DNA from: Catajapyx aquilonaris
Taxonomy: Eukaryota
Assembly: GCA_000934665.2 (NCBI GenBank)
Contig: JYFJ02002547.1
Span: 1-54,967 of the forward strand
Length of the DNA stretch: 54,967 bases
Reading direction: 5' to 3'
Notes under the pieces: model-generated
Told to the model about the DNA's origin: nothing
Database searches by the model: none
What the model saw: the letters and a program-made list of their open reading frames with translations, nothing else
Shown: positions 52,061 through 54,967 of the stretch, in pieces
How the letters are laid out: every line of letters begins with the position of its first letter
Numbering within the stretch: the first letter of the stretch is position 1
Translations under genes and position numbers: made by a program

Positions 52061-52667
52061 CTATTCAACACAGCTGAAACTGGAATGCTGCTATGCAGCA
52101 TAACAACAACCAATAGGGGGAAGCCCCCCCGAAATGTTAAGAAAAAATCATTAAATGCATTATGGTATACCTATGTTAGATGTGTGGTTGGTGTCTTACA
52201 ATATTATGAAACGGACATAATCCCCCCCGAAAAAATTTCCTGCCCACGCCACTGCAATAGTTATACCTATATTACACAAGTGCAAGTGCATCGTCATGGA
52301 ATTAACACGGATTAATAGTCGCTTTCATTCTACTAGGAGATACGAACAGATATAAGACAGAAAATCCCACCTTGACTAGATGAACGACGTGCTGATCAGA
52401 CTCGACGGTTATAAGACACTGCCACCATTTTGCTTTTTATGAGAGGGAGGAAATATGCCCTTCTTGCGCGGATTGGCTGAGGCGTCCTCCACGTCACCTC
52501 CGGCTCCACATCACCTCCACGTGCTTCCACGTCACCTCCAACTCACCTCCACCTGCCCACCCTGGCGGACTGATTTCGAACTATGAAATGACAACTGCCG
52601 ATCGTGATATACAGTATCACTGTATTCCTTACTTGCAGATTCAGCACCACTTGCATACAAGAAATCA

Positions 52668-53270
52668 GGGTGGCGCCCATAAATTAGGACAAGTAGATAG
52701 AAACGTCATTAAAAAGAGGAATAGATGATAACAATGAAATGAATTATGTCAAACATAAGTACTGTATCTACAGCAGTTTACATTTTCAATGCGTCCACCA
52801 TTGGTGGCCACAACAGCGCAGTAGTCAAAGGGTTACAGTTTGGGAAGCTGCGGGGACATAAGTCCGACCCCCAGTGGTACCTTAAGTATCGTCTGTGTGG
52901 CATCCGTCAGGAGAGGGCCAGTCCTCAAGAATAGGACTTCATCATAAGTCCTCATTCACCATCTTGGAGATGATCTTGTGGTTCACACGATTCTCTTTGG
53001 CCACGCATATGGACTTATTGCCAGGGTGCTTTCCTTCTTCTCAATCTTCTCGACAACTGCGGTGACAAACTCCTTTCCTTTCTTGGTGATACAGCGATGG
53101 GCATGCATTTTGCGTAAGGAAAGAACTCTTCCTGGTTCTCGGCAGCATCATAGTTTTTTAAATCTAGTAAATCATACTCTTTTGGGAGCTTGAGGAACTC
53201 CACTATCTCCTTGGGGGTACCGAAGCAGGTTGGTGTAGTGGATATGGAGTCCCCCTGGGTTCGTCCCTGA
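52668..53270 (-). pseudogene. Degenerate Tc1/mariner (maT-like) transposase remnant
   Basis: Frameshifted pieces TPKEIVEFLKLPK, MRVAKENRV..KIISKMVNEDL.MKSY, P.CNP.DY, AVVATNGGRIE; CAGGGTG end near 52668. Confidence 0.6.
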
Positions 53271-53483
53271 CCGTGGTTTTCAGTGGTTTTCCACGGTCCT
53301 CCCCGGATAATTCCGGGGTCGTTTCCGTAAAAATAGGCCACAGCCGCTTCCTTCCATCCCTATATCCTATCCCAAAAAGCAAATAAAAATGAAAGCAAAG
53401 AGTTCCAGTCAAAAAAAAAAAAACCCTAAAGACCCGCCGCGCCGGCTGATAACGGGGTATGAATTATTATTGGGCATTTTTGC

Positions 53484-53892
53484 GGTAACGAACCAAGGTT
53501 CGGACGATTTTTTTTCAACTTTCATTGTGATTTTCCATGCTTGTGGTAAACCTTAGGGGATACTTTTTTTTCCTATTGAGTTCCAGGTACAGAGGGCTGA
53601 ATTTTGCCACAAATCCGACACAAAATAATTATATCATTCGATAGCGCCCGAGGAGCGAGAACAAACACGGTAACGAACCAAAGTTTCGAGGACACGCATT
53701 TCTGCACCGGGTTGCATTGCGTAATAACTCTGCGAATTCAAAGTGGTTTTGATGGCAGTATAGAGATTCTCTAGAGAAGAAAAGTGCGAGGAATCCATTG
53801 GTCACCTTGCCGTTCCGGTATCTGCTTTCCTTTGCATCGTAGAGCAACAAAACTCTCGGTAACGAACCAAGAAAAAAAGTAACGAACCAAGG
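53484..53892. repeat. Dispersed (G)GTAACGAACCAA repeats (4 copies)
   Basis: Copies at 53484, 53669, 53858 and 53879. Confidence 0.65.
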
Positions 53893-54784
53893 CGTGCGAT
53901 TTTCCACCGTTCAGAACCTTTTCTCGGGTAGTATTTGTGAGCTGTTTTACCACTTCAGGGCGTACATAATTAAAACGAGACACATCATGACACTGACCAG
54001 TCATCAGAGGATTCTCGTGTATTGGTCGATTGAGATGGCTGGGTCGTATGACCTGGACCAGCCATTTTAGCTGCACCACATTGTAATGCATATGCATATG
54101 ACTGTATAAGGAGTTATAATGTGACCATCTATACAAATTTACTAAGCCTATAAATGAAGGTAGGCCTATTTGAAAATGGGTCATTTCAGTCAATTTTCCA
54201 ATAAACTCAGACCTGCAAAAATTCAGATAAATGCACAATTTTTGATTTACGGCCTATAAAAAGCGGGAGGCTCTCATGACTGAGAAGAACCAAAGACTAG
54301 CTGCCACCACCTGCCATCTGCCACCTTGACCGCTAGAGACAATTAACTTCCGGACCACCCATCTTGCAGTGGCATTGTAAATAGAGGCAACTGTTTATAA
54401 CATGAAGAATTCGTGAAAATTTGTTTTCAGCATCATAATTTAATAAGAACCATTGAAGAGCTGCATCTCTCCCCCTTCCTCCCAATAAAATCGGCGGTAG
54501 CATCAGGGCATATCCGGATAACACGTCGCGCCACTTTGATTTGTAACTTTTTACATTGAATTTGATATCAGAGCCCTCTAAAGCCGCCGTAAACTAATTT
54601 TGACGCTAATACTGTATATCTGTCCAATTCTCTGCACATGCTGTCTGCTGCCATACTGGATCAACCATTTTGATTTTTGAATTTCTGACATCGGATCTGA
54701 AATCAGCGCCATTGAAAACCATTAGGGGCTACATAAAAATTTCTGCATTATTGGGCGTGGATTTGCTTATTATCAAAGGTGGGC

Positions 54785-54940
54785 ATTAGCTCCTCCAATC
54801 AGCTAACAGCTAATAGCTGAACTAGCTTTTCGTTAGCTGATTAGCTGTTTTCTCTAACTGGTCAGGCCACTAGCTGACTAATTAGCTCCCACTAAATTGG
54901 TGCCACACTGCAGCTAAATAAATTCAGCTAACAAAATTCA
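54785..54940. repeat. AGCTAA/TAGCT-rich repeat, probably a transposon subterminal region
   Basis: Many AGCTAA(C), TAGCTG and CTAGCT motifs near CCACACTG. Confidence 0.4.
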
Positions 54941-54967
54941 TTCGTGTTCCTGTCTCGCTGTCTGTTC

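Noticed and set aside
53484..53892. CRISPR-like array
   Set aside because: Eukaryotic context, 13-bp repeats and spacers far too long and irregular.

Overview
Eukaryotic (most likely arthropod) genomic DNA. The minus strand carries the 5' part of a PHR-family E3 ubiquitin ligase gene (MYCBP2/PAM, highwire, RPM-1 type). I traced 18 phase-consistent GT-AG coding exons from 46287 down to 852 (8075 nt, about 2690 aa: RCC1-like repeats, Cys-rich insert, PHR1, PHR2, filamin-like and SH3-like regions). The gene continues past the left edge, so the C-terminal RING/TC region is not in the window. Its largest intron here (2943-19899, about 17 kb) holds a complete opposite-strand 5-exon gene (6425-12698, about 872 aa). 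It encodes a type-I membrane leucine-rich-repeat protein whose cytoplasmic tail has a duplicated CDYxEPxDxxVHxYxEI motif, an LC8-like motif and a poly-proline end. The remaining introns and the upstream region are dense in short non-autonomous DNA transposons (Tc1/mariner, pogo/Tigger, hAT, piggyBac, Harbinger-like and Kolobok-like; several are long foldback hairpins), degenerate transposase remnants and tRNA-derived SINEs with clear target-site duplications. All calls come from manual reading; no database searches were run.
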